This document shows, one piece after another, positions 18,051 to 27,332 of a stretch of 64,000 bases of DNA. Each line of letters starts with the position of its first letter. Position 1 is the first letter of the stretch. Origin of the DNA: an uncultured Candidatus Saccharibacteria bacterium (lineage in GTDB: Bacteria > Patescibacteriota > Minisyncoccia > Phycocordibacterales > UBA918); assembly GCA_964350735.1 (NCBI GenBank), contig CAYGKO010000003.1:52452-116451 (forward strand), written 5' to 3'. Made by a program: the position numbers and the translations under genes. The notes below the pieces were generated by a model that searched no databases, was not told the origin of the DNA, and was given only the letters and a program-made list of their open reading frames with translations.

Positions 18051-20000
18051 CTACCGCGTCTCCCACTTTTCTGCTGCTACTGCTTTATAGACAGTATCCA
18101 TTACTGCATTCACTTCCTCATCAGTGAGGGTTTTTTCGTTTGATTGAAACACTAAACGGAAGGCTAGGCTGGTCCGGCCGTCTTTGGTGAACTCATCGAC
18201 GAAGGTAGTACGGACTCGCAAATCTCCAGCTGCTTCATTGAGGACTTTTTCGACATCCCCTTTCGTCAAATCTTCCTCTGGAGAATTTGACACCCACATC
18301 GCGATGTCACGACTCATATGCTGGTAGAGTGAAAACGGCTCGTAGACAATCTCGTCAGCTGCTGCAACTGGCTCGTACGCGGTCGGTGCCGGTAGCGCAC
18401 TAAAGAGCTTCGTGAAGTTAATTTCAGCCACTCCTTTCTCAATAGTCCAATCGATTGGACTATTGAGAAGCGTTTCTATTTCAGTGCACACTGATTCTAA
18501 AATCTTATCTTCTTTGCCGGTATACCCGCTCGACTTTAGACGGACACCGAGGCAAAGTGCGATGTGTTCGGTAACTCCTAAGTCACCCCCCTTATCGAAG
18601 ACCGTCCCGATCTCAAATACCCTCGTATCAGTCGCGCCAAATAAATCAGTCCGACCAGCATTAGCGTCAAGTGTCTCGGTGATGTTTTTAATTAAAGATG
18701 AACGCAAAAAACTTTTATCACTCGCTAGTGCATTACGGAGTTGCACGGTATCTTTCTTTCGAAACGACGAAGTGATCACTTCAGAGAAGCCGAGCTGCAG
18801 TAAGCAGTCTCGTACTTTCTCGCTGTAATAATGTCGGGCATTTAGTTCAGTGAGGGCGATCGGTTCTGGTACAACTGACTCCACTTTGTCATAGCCATGC
18901 AGTCGACCGATCTCTTCAATGAAGTCTTCTTCAATAGTCAAATCAGTCCGCTCAGTAGGGCCAGTACACTGCAACACCTCATCTTCAATCACTACCGTGA
19001 TTCCAGCTCGTTCCAAAATAGCTACCATGGCAGGCACGGCAAGTGACAGCCCCAACAGAGCATTCACTGTCTCTGGACGCACGATGACTGTCGGCACTTT
19101 CAGCTCTTGCAGATACACATCCACCATACCTTCACACTGTCCACCGGCAATCTCCGTAATCAACTTGATGATATCGGCTTGCGCGTATGGTGGCAGAGCC
19201 CGTGACGGTTCGTTTTCAAAGCGCTTACTCGCATCAATCACAATCCCGAGGTTACGAGCTGTCTTCCGGGTGATAGTGGGGTTCCAGTGGGCAGCTTCGA
19301 TGATGACTTTCGTCGTATCAGCGTGCACACCAGCAAACCGACCACCCTTCACTCCAGCGAGTCCAATCGGTGTATTAGATGAATTATCTACCACCAAGAC
19401 TTCTGTACCGGTTAGTTCTACAACGCGATCTTCATCCTTGCCGCCTTCAGCGAGCAAGCTGACTGTCTCACCTACTTGTGCGTAGCGCACCCCAAACCGC
19501 CAGGCACCATCTACTTGCGGAAACAAATCGGCGTCATAAGCATGCAGTGGCTGCCCGAGCGCATACATAACGTAGTTAGTCGCATCGACAATATTATTGA
19601 TCGGACGTTGTCCGAGGGCTTGAAGGCGGGTCTGGAGCCAGGCCGGTGAGTCTTTGATTTCAATACCAGTAATGAGTGACGCCGTAAAGCGTGGACAGAT
19701 TTCAGCTGACTCAATATCAACACTAATAGTATCGAGTGGTGCAATCTCAGGAGTGTTTTGTAGCGGATCGTGGACCAACGACTGCTTAAGCAGCGTCGCA
19801 ATTTCTCGAGCAATTCCCCGATGACACAGACAGTCTGAAGACCGGTTCGGCAGCACATCAACATCAATTACCCAATCATCACCTTTTTGTTCAACCCCTT
19901 CAATTTCAAATGAGTGGAAGGTCAACAAACCAGCCAGCGCTTCAGCTGACGGAATATCGGCACCTAAATAATCTTGCAACCAGTTATACGAAACTAACAT
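18051..20000 (-). CDS. pheT: Phenylalanyl-tRNA synthetase beta subunit (649 aa, shortened)
   Basis: N-terminus MLVSYNWLQDYL, B3/B4 and B5 regions, and a C-terminal anticodon-binding-like domain. Confidence 0.9.
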   Translation of the reverse strand: MLVSYNWLQDYLGADIPSAEALAGLLTFHSFEIEGVEQKGDDWVIDVDVLPNRSSDCLCHRGIAREIATLLKQSLVHDPLQNTPEIAPLDTISVDIESAEICPRFTASLITGIEIKDSPAWLQTRLQALGQRPINNIVDATNYVMYALGQPLHAYDADLFPQVDGAWRFGVRYAQVGETVSLLAEGGKDEDRVVELTGTEVLVVDNSSNTPIGLAGVKGGRFAGVHADTTKVIIEAAHWNPTITRKTARNLGIVIDASKRFENEPSRALPPYAQADIIKLITEIAGGQCEGMVDVYLQELKVPTVIVRPETVNALLGLSLAVPAMVAILERAGITVVIEDEVLQCTGPTERTDLTIEEDFIEEIGRLHGYDKVESVVPEPIALTELNARHYYSEKVRDCLLQLGFSEVITSSFRKKDTVQLRNALASDKSFLRSSLIKNITETLDANAGRTDLFGATDTRVFEIGTVFDKGGDLGVTEHIALCLGVRLKSSGYTGKEDKILESVCTEIETLLNSPIDWTIEKGVAEINFTKLFSALPAPTAYEPVAAADEIVYEPFSLYQHMSRDIAMWVSNSPEEDLTKGDVEKVLNEAAGDLRVRTTFVDEFTKDGRTSLAFRLVFQSNEKTLTDEEVNAVMDTVYKAVAAEKWETR

Positions 20001-20009
20001 ATCTAAAAA

Positions 20010-20741
20010 TTAAAACTGATTAACAAATCTTAGGTCCCCCGTATAGAGATCACGCACATCATTAATACCGTACTTCATGACGGCCAGACGATCAATTCCC
20101 ATTCCAAAGGCAAAACCAGAATATACCTCTGGATCAATCCCACAGTTACGAAGCACATTGGGGTGCACCATACCGGCGCCCATCATTTCTATCCACTTAC
20201 CTTTGAGCTTGGAGTCACCCGAGAGAATCTTCATATCTACTTCAACCCCTGGTTCTACAAACGGGAAGAAGCCAGGCCGGAAACGCACCTCTACTTCACC
20301 GCCAAGGAAACGTTCGAAGAAATATTCAAGCGTACCCTTAAGGTTTCCTAAGTGCACACCTTTATCTACCATCAAACCTTCACACTGATGAAACTGGGCT
20401 TCGTGCGTCGCGTCCGTGGCTTCGTTACGAAACACCTTCCCTGGCGCAATAATCCGAATCGGCGGCGTATGATTCTCCATGTAGCGAATCTGGATATTTG
20501 AAGTCTGCGTACGCAGCACCGTTGGCTCAGACACATCACTATCCTTAAACCAGAAGGTGTCTTGCATGTCTCGCGCGGGATGATCTTTTGGCACGTTCAG
20601 CTGATCGAAGTTGTAATGCTCGGTATCAACTTCTGGACCTTCCGCAAACACAAAACCGATCTCAGCAAAGATACTATTGATCTCGCTAATCATTTGCGTC
20701 AGCGGGTGCTGGTGGCCAATTTGTGTAGTTTCTGTTGTCAT
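20010..20741 (-). CDS. pheS: Phenylalanyl-tRNA synthetase alpha subunit (243 aa catalytic core)
   Basis: Class II motifs: FRPGFFPFVEPGVEVD and GAGMVHPNVL. Confidence 0.9.
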   Translation of the reverse strand: MTTETTQIGHQHPLTQMISEINSIFAEIGFVFAEGPEVDTEHYNFDQLNVPKDHPARDMQDTFWFKDSDVSEPTVLRTQTSNIQIRYMENHTPPIRIIAPGKVFRNEATDATHEAQFHQCEGLMVDKGVHLGNLKGTLEYFFERFLGGEVEVRFRPGFFPFVEPGVEVDMKILSGDSKLKGKWIEMMGAGMVHPNVLRNCGIDPEVYSGFAFGMGIDRLAVMKYGINDVRDLYTGDLRFVNQF

Positions 20742-20762
20742 AGTTTTAATACTACCAGAGGA

Positions 20763-21917
20763 TTATTCCGTGTCTAATGTCGTGAATACTTCAAAGTATA
20801 GTCCGTCCTCCGCAATGTAAATTTGTCCTCCATCGAGGATTACTTTAAATTCTGTACCGGGATATAGTAGCTGGGTATTCTGCCAAGCACGGTCGTCGAT
20901 CTCAGTGACATATAGTCCATCTTCAAGATGCAGTAACACCAAATCAGAACTGCCTGGTAAAAAATTAAAAAACTTTACATCTTGCTGTAAACGATCGAGC
21001 TTAATTGACGTACGACAATATTGATCATTATCAGTCAATGTTTCAGTACTGCTCGCAAGCTCAGCGAACACATCCTCTGCCACATGGGTTCCGTATAGAA
21101 TATCTAACGTACTGCTAGCGCCATAGGTAACACAAAAATAATACGGGGCTTCGTTTTGTACGCCACGCCACTGTAGCACCAGTTCTGTCCCAGACTCAGC
21201 AAAGCGCAGGTCACGACTAATAACCGTGGTAGTAGCTGATGACGTAGCTGCTGTAGTCGTAGGGGTTGCTGAACTAAACGTGAACGGTGCTTCAAGTCGG
21301 TCTTGCACTCGTTCAAGCAAAGTTGAATCAATCGTCGATGTAGCACGAAATAAATCTGCTACAAAGGTATGTTCAGGATTTTCTACACCAATTCGAGCCA
21401 GCTGGCTGGTACTGGTCGCAAACTGATTGGTAACTGAAGCATGCTGAAAAACTAAAGCTGACGTGCTAGCTACTGAGAGCAGCGATGTACCAGTTGCTGT
21501 TTGGTACGGTGTAATCAGTCGCACCTGAGCTTCTGTCGGCAAATTAAAAGAGAATGACTCTGTCACAATCCCCGGAAAGATCGACAGCTCTTTAACCCAC
21601 GTTTGCAAGCCAGGAGCTTGGACGTGCACCCGGTGCTGGCCTGAAGTAATATCTTCTAAATACAAAGCTCGTCTGAACAGTCGGCTTTTATCGATTGGGG
21701 ACTCATCAATGTACACATCAATGTCATCAAGATCATTACCAAGATAAATACCGCCCATACTAACAATGGTCGTCTCTTCATCATCAAACACTAATCGGTT
21801 ACCCGAAGTATAAAAAATCAACGCTGGCATTGCCATAATAAAAATCAAAAAACAAGACCAGAACACGACGACGCGTTTGCGATACGATAACACTGAAATT
21901 TGTGGTTCTTCTGGCAT
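20763..21917 (-). CDS. Hypothetical membrane-anchored protein (384 aa) immediately downstream of the GT2 synthase; candidate synthase partner
   Basis: N-terminal TM segment (VVVFWSCFLIFIMAMPALIF). 7-nt gap to the GT2 gene. Thr/Ser-rich segment. Confidence 0.55.
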   Translation of the reverse strand: MPEEPQISVLSYRKRVVVFWSCFLIFIMAMPALIFYTSGNRLVFDDEETTIVSMGGIYLGNDLDDIDVYIDESPIDKSRLFRRALYLEDITSGQHRVHVQAPGLQTWVKELSIFPGIVTESFSFNLPTEAQVRLITPYQTATGTSLLSVASTSALVFQHASVTNQFATSTSQLARIGVENPEHTFVADLFRATSTIDSTLLERVQDRLEAPFTFSSATPTTTAATSSATTTVISRDLRFAESGTELVLQWRGVQNEAPYYFCVTYGASSTLDILYGTHVAEDVFAELASSTETLTDNDQYCRTSIKLDRLQQDVKFFNFLPGSSDLVLLHLEDGLYVTEIDDRAWQNTQLLYPGTEFKVILDGGQIYIAEDGLYFEVFTTLDTE

Positions 21918-21923
21918 ATTAGT

Positions 21924-23516
21924 TTATGAATTTTTACTCCCTTTTGGCGTCACCCAGAATCCCAGATAACGACCGAACATCAGTCGCGTCTGAGCTTCAA
22001 GTCCTGGCAACGCACTAAACGCTACCATTGTGATTGGGACCATAATCCACTGCAGCGCCATCACTACGTACTTAAAGCGGCTATGCCCATCGGGGCGTTC
22101 TGGCATCAGGGAGATCGAAATCACTGAAGACAAAACTAATCCAAGCATCGCTGCAGTCAGTAGGTTACGGACCAAGATCGGCAACTCATACGACAGTACC
22201 GTCTGGTGGAACGCAGCAGTCCCCAAGAAGATCGGTGCCCATCCTAAGATAAACAGAATCAGTGGATTCGTAGCGAGCGACCAGTACCCTTCCCCTTGCA
22301 GTGCACCCACCACCAAACGCTTACGCAGTGGGATCGATTTGTTCTTAACAAAGTGATACGTGATGTAGCACCAGTTCTCAGTTCCATACGACCAACGTCG
22401 GTGCTGCTTATAAATATTTTTGACCGTCCCCCATAAGCTCGGAGCTACTGTAGCGTCCATCGCCACCGGATACGAAAGCGGCACAATATCAAAATTACCA
22501 TTATTTGCGACAAATAGATTCCAGTAGATTCGTGAGTCCTCACTGACTACATTGGCTTGACCATAGCCGATCTCCCAAAGGGCCTGAAAGCTCACTGAGT
22601 GCGAAGAGAAAGTAGCCGCTCGGTCTGGTCGTTCTTGGGTAATCATCTGCCAGAACGTACTACTCATCGCCATCACCCGAGAAATAGCTGGCGCTTCCCA
22701 GAAATTATTTACAAATAGGGGCACTGGCTGGTAAGCCGACTTATAGGGTTGCTCAGCTGTCATGAAGTGCCAAATCAGGCAATTGAAATAATCAGGATAC
22801 ACCACGGTATCTATATCAAAAACTGAAACGAGTACGTTCTTATACTCAATATTCTGCACATCAAGGATCCCTTCTCGCACCTTACCAAGCGCCCAGTGCA
22901 CGTTGGAACCCTTACCAGCAATTTCACCCGTAATATCATTTGGATGTTCGGTCACTAGAATATTTGGAAATATGTCTTGCCACTTCTCTTTAGCTGCGTA
23001 CCCACGCGCGATCGCTTCTTCACCAGCACGTGACTCTGCTGCCAATACGACAATTAATTTTTCCTTATCATATTTCACTTCGCTCAATGCCCGCATCGTC
23101 GCTTCAATCACTTCAGTTGGCTCTTTATAATATGGAAACACCAACACGTGATGAAATTGGTTATAAGTAAATCGCGACACTAACTGTTCCCAGTCGAGAC
23201 TCATGTGGTGCTTCAGTCGTTTCCAGTTATAGCGCACGTGATACGACAAGAAGGCCGTCTTGAGCACCCAGTATACTGAGAACGCAATAATAAAATACGC
23301 CGCCCAAAATGACGCGTAGATTGAAGCTAATACAATACCGATCAAAAAAGCCCACGCTAGAAAACCGGGCACTATCTCAAGAAACCGATATAAAATTCGA
23401 TCACGACCAGACAGCTCGTTGGCTCGGGCTACCTTAAAATCGCTCCGGGTTGCGTAAGGAAGCACGTGCGTCTTGTCCGACGTCAGTTCTGAATGGGAGG
23501 CATCTAGTTGGTCCAT
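21924..23516 (-). CDS. Processive family-2 glycosyltransferase (cellulose/chitin/hyaluronan-synthase-like), multi-TM
   Basis: D, DxD (VFDIDTV), SED (VVSEDSRIYW) and QxxRW (KQHRRWSYG) motifs. N- and C-terminal TM bundles. Confidence 0.8.
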   Translation of the reverse strand: MDQLDASHSELTSDKTHVLPYATRSDFKVARANELSGRDRILYRFLEIVPGFLAWAFLIGIVLASIYASFWAAYFIIAFSVYWVLKTAFLSYHVRYNWKRLKHHMSLDWEQLVSRFTYNQFHHVLVFPYYKEPTEVIEATMRALSEVKYDKEKLIVVLAAESRAGEEAIARGYAAKEKWQDIFPNILVTEHPNDITGEIAGKGSNVHWALGKVREGILDVQNIEYKNVLVSVFDIDTVVYPDYFNCLIWHFMTAEQPYKSAYQPVPLFVNNFWEAPAISRVMAMSSTFWQMITQERPDRAATFSSHSVSFQALWEIGYGQANVVSEDSRIYWNLFVANNGNFDIVPLSYPVAMDATVAPSLWGTVKNIYKQHRRWSYGTENWCYITYHFVKNKSIPLRKRLVVGALQGEGYWSLATNPLILFILGWAPIFLGTAAFHQTVLSYELPILVRNLLTAAMLGLVLSSVISISLMPERPDGHSRFKYVVMALQWIMVPITMVAFSALPGLEAQTRLMFGRYLGFWVTPKGSKNS

Positions 23517-23590
23517 ACAATAATAGGGCTACTATACCCTATTTTAGGTATATTTAAAGGTGTTTTAGTCACGCACTACTGTATGCTGTT

Positions 23591-23623
23591 GGCCACGCTG
23601 TATGGCAAGCATACAGCGTGGCC
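23591..23623. repeat. Hairpin repeat copy A (14-bp perfect stem ggccacgctgtatg / catacagcgtggcc, 5-nt loop)
   Basis: Read directly from the sequence. Related copy at 23727-23758. Confidence 0.6.
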
Positions 23624-23726
23624 TCACCTCGCGGCTCGTAAATTTCAGTACTCCGGCTTGACTCAGATAAAGCACAAAATAAATTTACCTACTGACAAAG
23701 ACCGCTCACACCATCTTTTTGACCTG

Positions 23727-23758
23727 GGCCACCTGTATGGCAATCATACAGCGTGGCC
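23727..23758. repeat. Hairpin repeat copy B (13/14-bp stem, same family as copy A)
   Basis: ggccacctgtatg gcaat catacagcgtggcc. Confidence 0.6.
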
Positions 23759-23774
23759 TCACTCGGAAGTGGGC

Positions 23775-23793
23775 GTCTGAACGGAGTTCAGAC
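23775..23793. repeat. Small perfect hairpin gtctgaac-gga-gttcagac
   Basis: 8-bp stem read from the sequence. Confidence 0.5.
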
Positions 23794-23794
23794 T

Positions 23795-23856
23795 AGAGTA
23801 AACAAAATAGCTGCGTATGAAAGTTTACTTTCATACGCAGCTATTTTGTTTACTCT
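23795..23856. repeat. Near-perfect 62-nt palindrome (about 28-30 bp arms) downstream of tRNA-Thr on the minus strand
   Basis: agtaaacaaaatagctgcgtatgaaagt, tt, actttcatacgcagctattttgtttact. Confidence 0.7.
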
Positions 23857-23893
23857 CCCGTTCGTTTCACTCACTCCACTCCTCTCGTATCGG

Positions 23894-23966
23894 AGCCACC
23901 TGTCAGATTCGAACTGACGACCTGCGGTTTACAAAACCGATGCTCTACCAACTGAGCTAAGGTGGC
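23894..23966 (-). tRNA. tRNA-Thr (anticodon UGU), discriminator U, CCA not encoded
   Basis: Manual cloverleaf: acceptor GCCACCT/AGGTGGC, D arm GCTC/GAGC, anticodon stem TCGGT/ACCGC with loop TTTGTAA, T arm GTCAG-TTCGAAT-CTGAC. Confidence 0.85.
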
Positions 23967-24016
23967 GGTAATTTGGTCGAGGTATTATTGCAATTTCTGA
24001 CGAAAAAGCAAGTTAC

Positions 24017-24442
24017 TTACCCCTTGAGACTTTTCTCACGTAGAGATACTTTTTCTGCATCACTAAGTGAAGTTGCTTCTTTATGCTCTGCGATTGAATC
24101 GAGATGAGAATTTTCTTTTTCTGATTTTATAGACTTAACCACTGAACGATTTCGTCTTTGCAAAAGAAGGATTTGGCTTTGGCCAAATTGCAAAACAGCT
24201 AAGCAGGCAGCTAGTACAGTATGAATAACAAAGTGAATCACAATACGCACCGTACCAACTCCCAGCCACGTTCCGATTTTAGTACAAAGCAACCAAAATG
24301 CACTCACAATACGATCAAGAAATGAGCGAAATTTTAATAGAAATAAGCGACTGCCACGCACGTGCTCTGCATGAAACAATAAACCAAGCGCTGCTAATAT
24401 AGCAGCGCTTGATCCAGCAATAATGAGACTAATCTCTAACAT
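24017..24442 (-). CDS. Hypothetical small membrane protein (141 aa), AT-rich, downstream of tsf
   Basis: ORF with 3-4 predicted TM helices. Occupies the position where pyrH often sits. Confidence 0.5.
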   Translation of the reverse strand: MLEISLIIAGSSAAILAALGLLFHAEHVRGSRLFLLKFRSFLDRIVSAFWLLCTKIGTWLGVGTVRIVIHFVIHTVLAACLAVLQFGQSQILLLQRRNRSVVKSIKSEKENSHLDSIAEHKEATSLSDAEKVSLREKSLKG

Positions 24443-24446
24443 CCTT

Positions 24447-25031
24447 CTATTTTATACTCAAACGTTCGATTGCTACAACCGATACGTTTTCACCAAACTT
24501 CTGGACTGCTCCTGCCACCATTTCTCCAATAGTTGTATCCGGATTCTTGATGAATGGTTGTTCCAGTAAGATCTGTTCTTTGAAATATGAACTCAGCTTC
24601 CCTTCCATGATCTTTTCCTGCATTTCAGCTGGCTTATCTGCCATTTCAGCAGCAAATACTTCTTTAGCTTTAGTGATTGCAGTCTCGTCAACTTCGTCTC
24701 GTGCAATATATTTTGGCGCCTGCGCTGCAACGTGCATTGCGATGTCTCGTGCAATTGCTACAAACTCCTCATTTTTTGATACGAAGTCAGTCTCACAAGC
24801 GAGGTGAACCATCGCTGCTACTTCGTTTGTATTGTGGGTGTACACACCAATCGCTCCAGCACCAAACTCACGATCTGATTTTTTATCAGCTGCTTCACTT
24901 CGCTTTTTCTTCAGAATAATAAGTGCCTTGTCCATATCACCAGCGGCTTCTTCTAAGGACTTCTTACACTGCATCACAGAAATACCTGTTTTGTCTCGCA
25001 ATTCTTTAATTTGGGCTGAAGTAATCTCCAT
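24447..25031 (-). CDS. tsf: Elongation factor Ts (short form)
   Basis: N-terminal UBA-like region MEITSAQIKELRDKTGISVMQCKKSL. Confidence 0.9.
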   Translation of the reverse strand: MEITSAQIKELRDKTGISVMQCKKSLEEAAGDMDKALIILKKKRSEAADKKSDREFGAGAIGVYTHNTNEVAAMVHLACETDFVSKNEEFVAIARDIAMHVAAQAPKYIARDEVDETAITKAKEVFAAEMADKPAEMQEKIMEGKLSSYFKEQILLEQPFIKNPDTTIGEMVAGAVQKFGENVSVVAIERLSIK

Positions 25032-25074
25032 ACAATAAAATAACTAAATTACTAAATCAGTGCTACCACTGAAA

Positions 25075-25839
25075 TTATGCTCGTCGTGCTTCAGGTCGTC
25101 GGGTTCGAGCTGGTCGTTCAACTGGCTTTGGTACAAACTCAGTTTTACCTGCCATCAAGGCAGCTGTCAGTTCTTCGAGTACCAGACTGATACTAGATTG
25201 TAGCGCGTCGTTTACCACAACAGGGTGTGTCACCAAACTGGTGTTGTTATCAGAACTCATGATTCCAATTACTGGGATACCAATTTCATTTGCCTCTGTC
25301 ACTGCGATTGAATCATGACGCGGGTCAACTACCACCATCAGATTAGGAGTTTTATCTAGTGTTTTGATACCACCAAAATTGAAATTTAATTTCTCGATTT
25401 CACGGCCAATAACTACGCGTTCTTTTTTAATGTACTTTCGCTCTAACTCACCACTTTCACCTTCTACGGTTAGTTTCTGGAGTCGATCAATTCGTTTTTT
25501 GATCTCTGAAAAATTTGTAAGTGCTCCACCGATCCAGCGGTTTGTAACGTATGGCATTTCTGCCTTTTCTGCTGCTGCTTTTACCAGCTTTGCGGCTTCG
25601 TCTTTAGTAGAAACAAATAGTACAGTTTTACCATCTTTGCCGGCAGTATGTAGTACCTGCTTTGCATCATCGATAAGTGTCGAAACTTTTTCAAGATCAA
25701 AAATATCAGTTCCCTGCTTGTTACCAAAGAGGTATGGCTTCACTGTTGGGTGCCGTCGACTCTTTGAAAACCCAAAGTGCGAACCAGCAGAAAAGAGGCG
25801 CTCAATGAGTGATTGGTTGTTTTGTGTATCAGTTGACAT
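25075..25839 (-). CDS. rpsB: 30S ribosomal protein S2 with basic C-terminal tail
   Basis: S2 motifs (GSHFGF, TNRWIGGALTNF). ATG at 25839. Confidence 0.9.
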   Translation of the reverse strand: MSTDTQNNQSLIERLFSAGSHFGFSKSRRHPTVKPYLFGNKQGTDIFDLEKVSTLIDDAKQVLHTAGKDGKTVLFVSTKDEAAKLVKAAAEKAEMPYVTNRWIGGALTNFSEIKKRIDRLQKLTVEGESGELERKYIKKERVVIGREIEKLNFNFGGIKTLDKTPNLMVVVDPRHDSIAVTEANEIGIPVIGIMSSDNNTSLVTHPVVVNDALQSSISLVLEELTAALMAGKTEFVPKPVERPARTRRPEARRA

Positions 25840-25925
25840 ATATAAGATAAAAACGCGATGTAGCGCGCTAACGGGTAGAACAGTACCATAGCCGCCAGCT
25901 ATGTGCAATAGAAAATAAGACTGTA

Positions 25926-26912
25926 TTAGAGGTCTAAATCAGCTTCTGCTTGCGAGAGAGCGGTAAAAATGTCATCAAGCTGACCTCCCATCACACCATC
26001 GATATTGTGCCAGCTCTCTTTGATCCTGTGGTCAGTGATTCGATTTTGAGGAAAATTGTAGGTTCGAATTTTTTCTGACCGATCCCCTGTTCCAATCTGG
26101 TTCTTGCGAACCGCAGCGTGTTTCCGAGCCTCTTCTTCTTCATGCATCACTTCCAACTTTGCAATCAGCATCGTCATTGCTTTTTCACGGTTCTTAAGCT
26201 GTGACCGATCAGACTCACAACGCACATCAACACCAGTTGGACGGTGTATTACTCGAACTGCAGTTTCGACCTTGTTTACGTTTTGACCACCAGCTCCACC
26301 AGATCGAGAAAACTCCATATCAATATCACCAGGGCTGATTTCAATAGTCGGTTTTTTTCGCATTGGTAGCACCGCCACAGTAACAGTCGAAGTGTGAATT
26401 CTCCCTTGTTTTTCTGTCGCTGGGATACGCTGTACTCGATGCACGCCCGTTTCGTACTTAAAGGCATCATAGACAGCTGGACTTAAAATTTCAAAAGAAG
26501 CATCTTTATACCCCACGCCTGCAGACGCTACTGAAACATTGTTCCGGGTGGTTTGCCACTCTTTTACTTCTGCATATTTAAGATACATCTGAGCTAACTC
26601 CTCGGCAAAAAGTGCCGCTTCGTCACCTCCGGCCCCTGCTCGTACCTCAAGCATAACCCCGTATGGTTTTGCTTCTTCCTCTCGACTCGCTTCAATAATC
26701 CGATCCATTTCGGCAAACTGATCTTCTAGCTGTGAAGTAAGCTCAGCAATCTCATCTTCGGCAAGTACAGCCATCTCAGGATCAGTTGCCGCCAAGGCTT
26801 GTGCTTCTTCTAATTGAGTCACGACCGTGTCGTATTGTGTCATTAAAAACTGTGTTTTTTGGTGCTCACGAAATGATTGAAGTTTTTCGGCTGTCTGGTC
26901 TGTTTCTTCCAT
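25926..26912 (-). CDS. prfA: Peptide chain release factor 1
   Basis: PAT tripeptide ([14 protein letters not shown]) and GGQ motif. ATG at 26912. Confidence 0.9.
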   Translation of the reverse strand: MEETDQTAEKLQSFREHQKTQFLMTQYDTVVTQLEEAQALAATDPEMAVLAEDEIAELTSQLEDQFAEMDRIIEASREEEAKPYGVMLEVRAGAGGDEAALFAEELAQMYLKYAEVKEWQTTRNNVSVASAGVGYKDASFEILSPAVYDAFKYETGVHRVQRIPATEKQGRIHTSTVTVAVLPMRKKPTIEISPGDIDMEFSRSGGAGGQNVNKVETAVRVIHRPTGVDVRCESDRSQLKNREKAMTMLIAKLEVMHEEEEARKHAAVRKNQIGTGDRSEKIRTYNFPQNRITDHRIKESWHNIDGVMGGQLDDIFTALSQAEADLDL

Positions 26913-26982
26913 AGGTATATTTATACTATAGCAGCAATACAAAAGCCGCTGTTTTGTCTAGGCAAAACAGCGGCTTTTGTCG

Positions 26983-27246
26983 CTACGCTTTTTTCTTCCC
27001 AGCTTTTGAGGCTCGTGCCTTGAATCGTTCTACTCGTCCAGCAGTATCCATTACCTTTTCTTGACCAGTATAGAACGGGTGTGATGCACTTGAAACATCC
27101 ACACGCTTCATTGGGTATTCAGTACCGTCTGTCCACTTATCAGTCTCTGTCGTTGCAACAGTAGAGCCGATCAAAAATCGCTCCTCACTTGAGTCATCAT
27201 GGAAGATAACGAGACGGTAGTTTTTTGGGTGAATATCAGTTTTCAT
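26983..27246 (-). CDS. rpmE: 50S ribosomal protein L31 (type B, no zinc ribbon)
   Basis: MKTDIHPK ... HPFYTG. Confidence 0.85.
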   Translation of the reverse strand: MKTDIHPKNYRLVIFHDDSSEERFLIGSTVATTETDKWTDGTEYPMKRVDVSSASHPFYTGQEKVMDTAGRVERFKARASKAGKKKA

Positions 27247-27332
27247 ATTGTTTGTGGCCACATTTATTCAGCGACCGGTATATTTAGTAGTGCGGGAACT
27301 ATATCAGAATATTTGTAAACCGCAATAGATCT

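Noticed and set aside
23508-23780. 90-aa + strand ORF containing repeated LYG(K/N)HTAWPH peptides
   Set aside because: Its internal repetition is simply the translation of the two hairpin-repeat copies (23591-23623, 23727-23758). It lies in an intergenic palindromic region and has no RBS.
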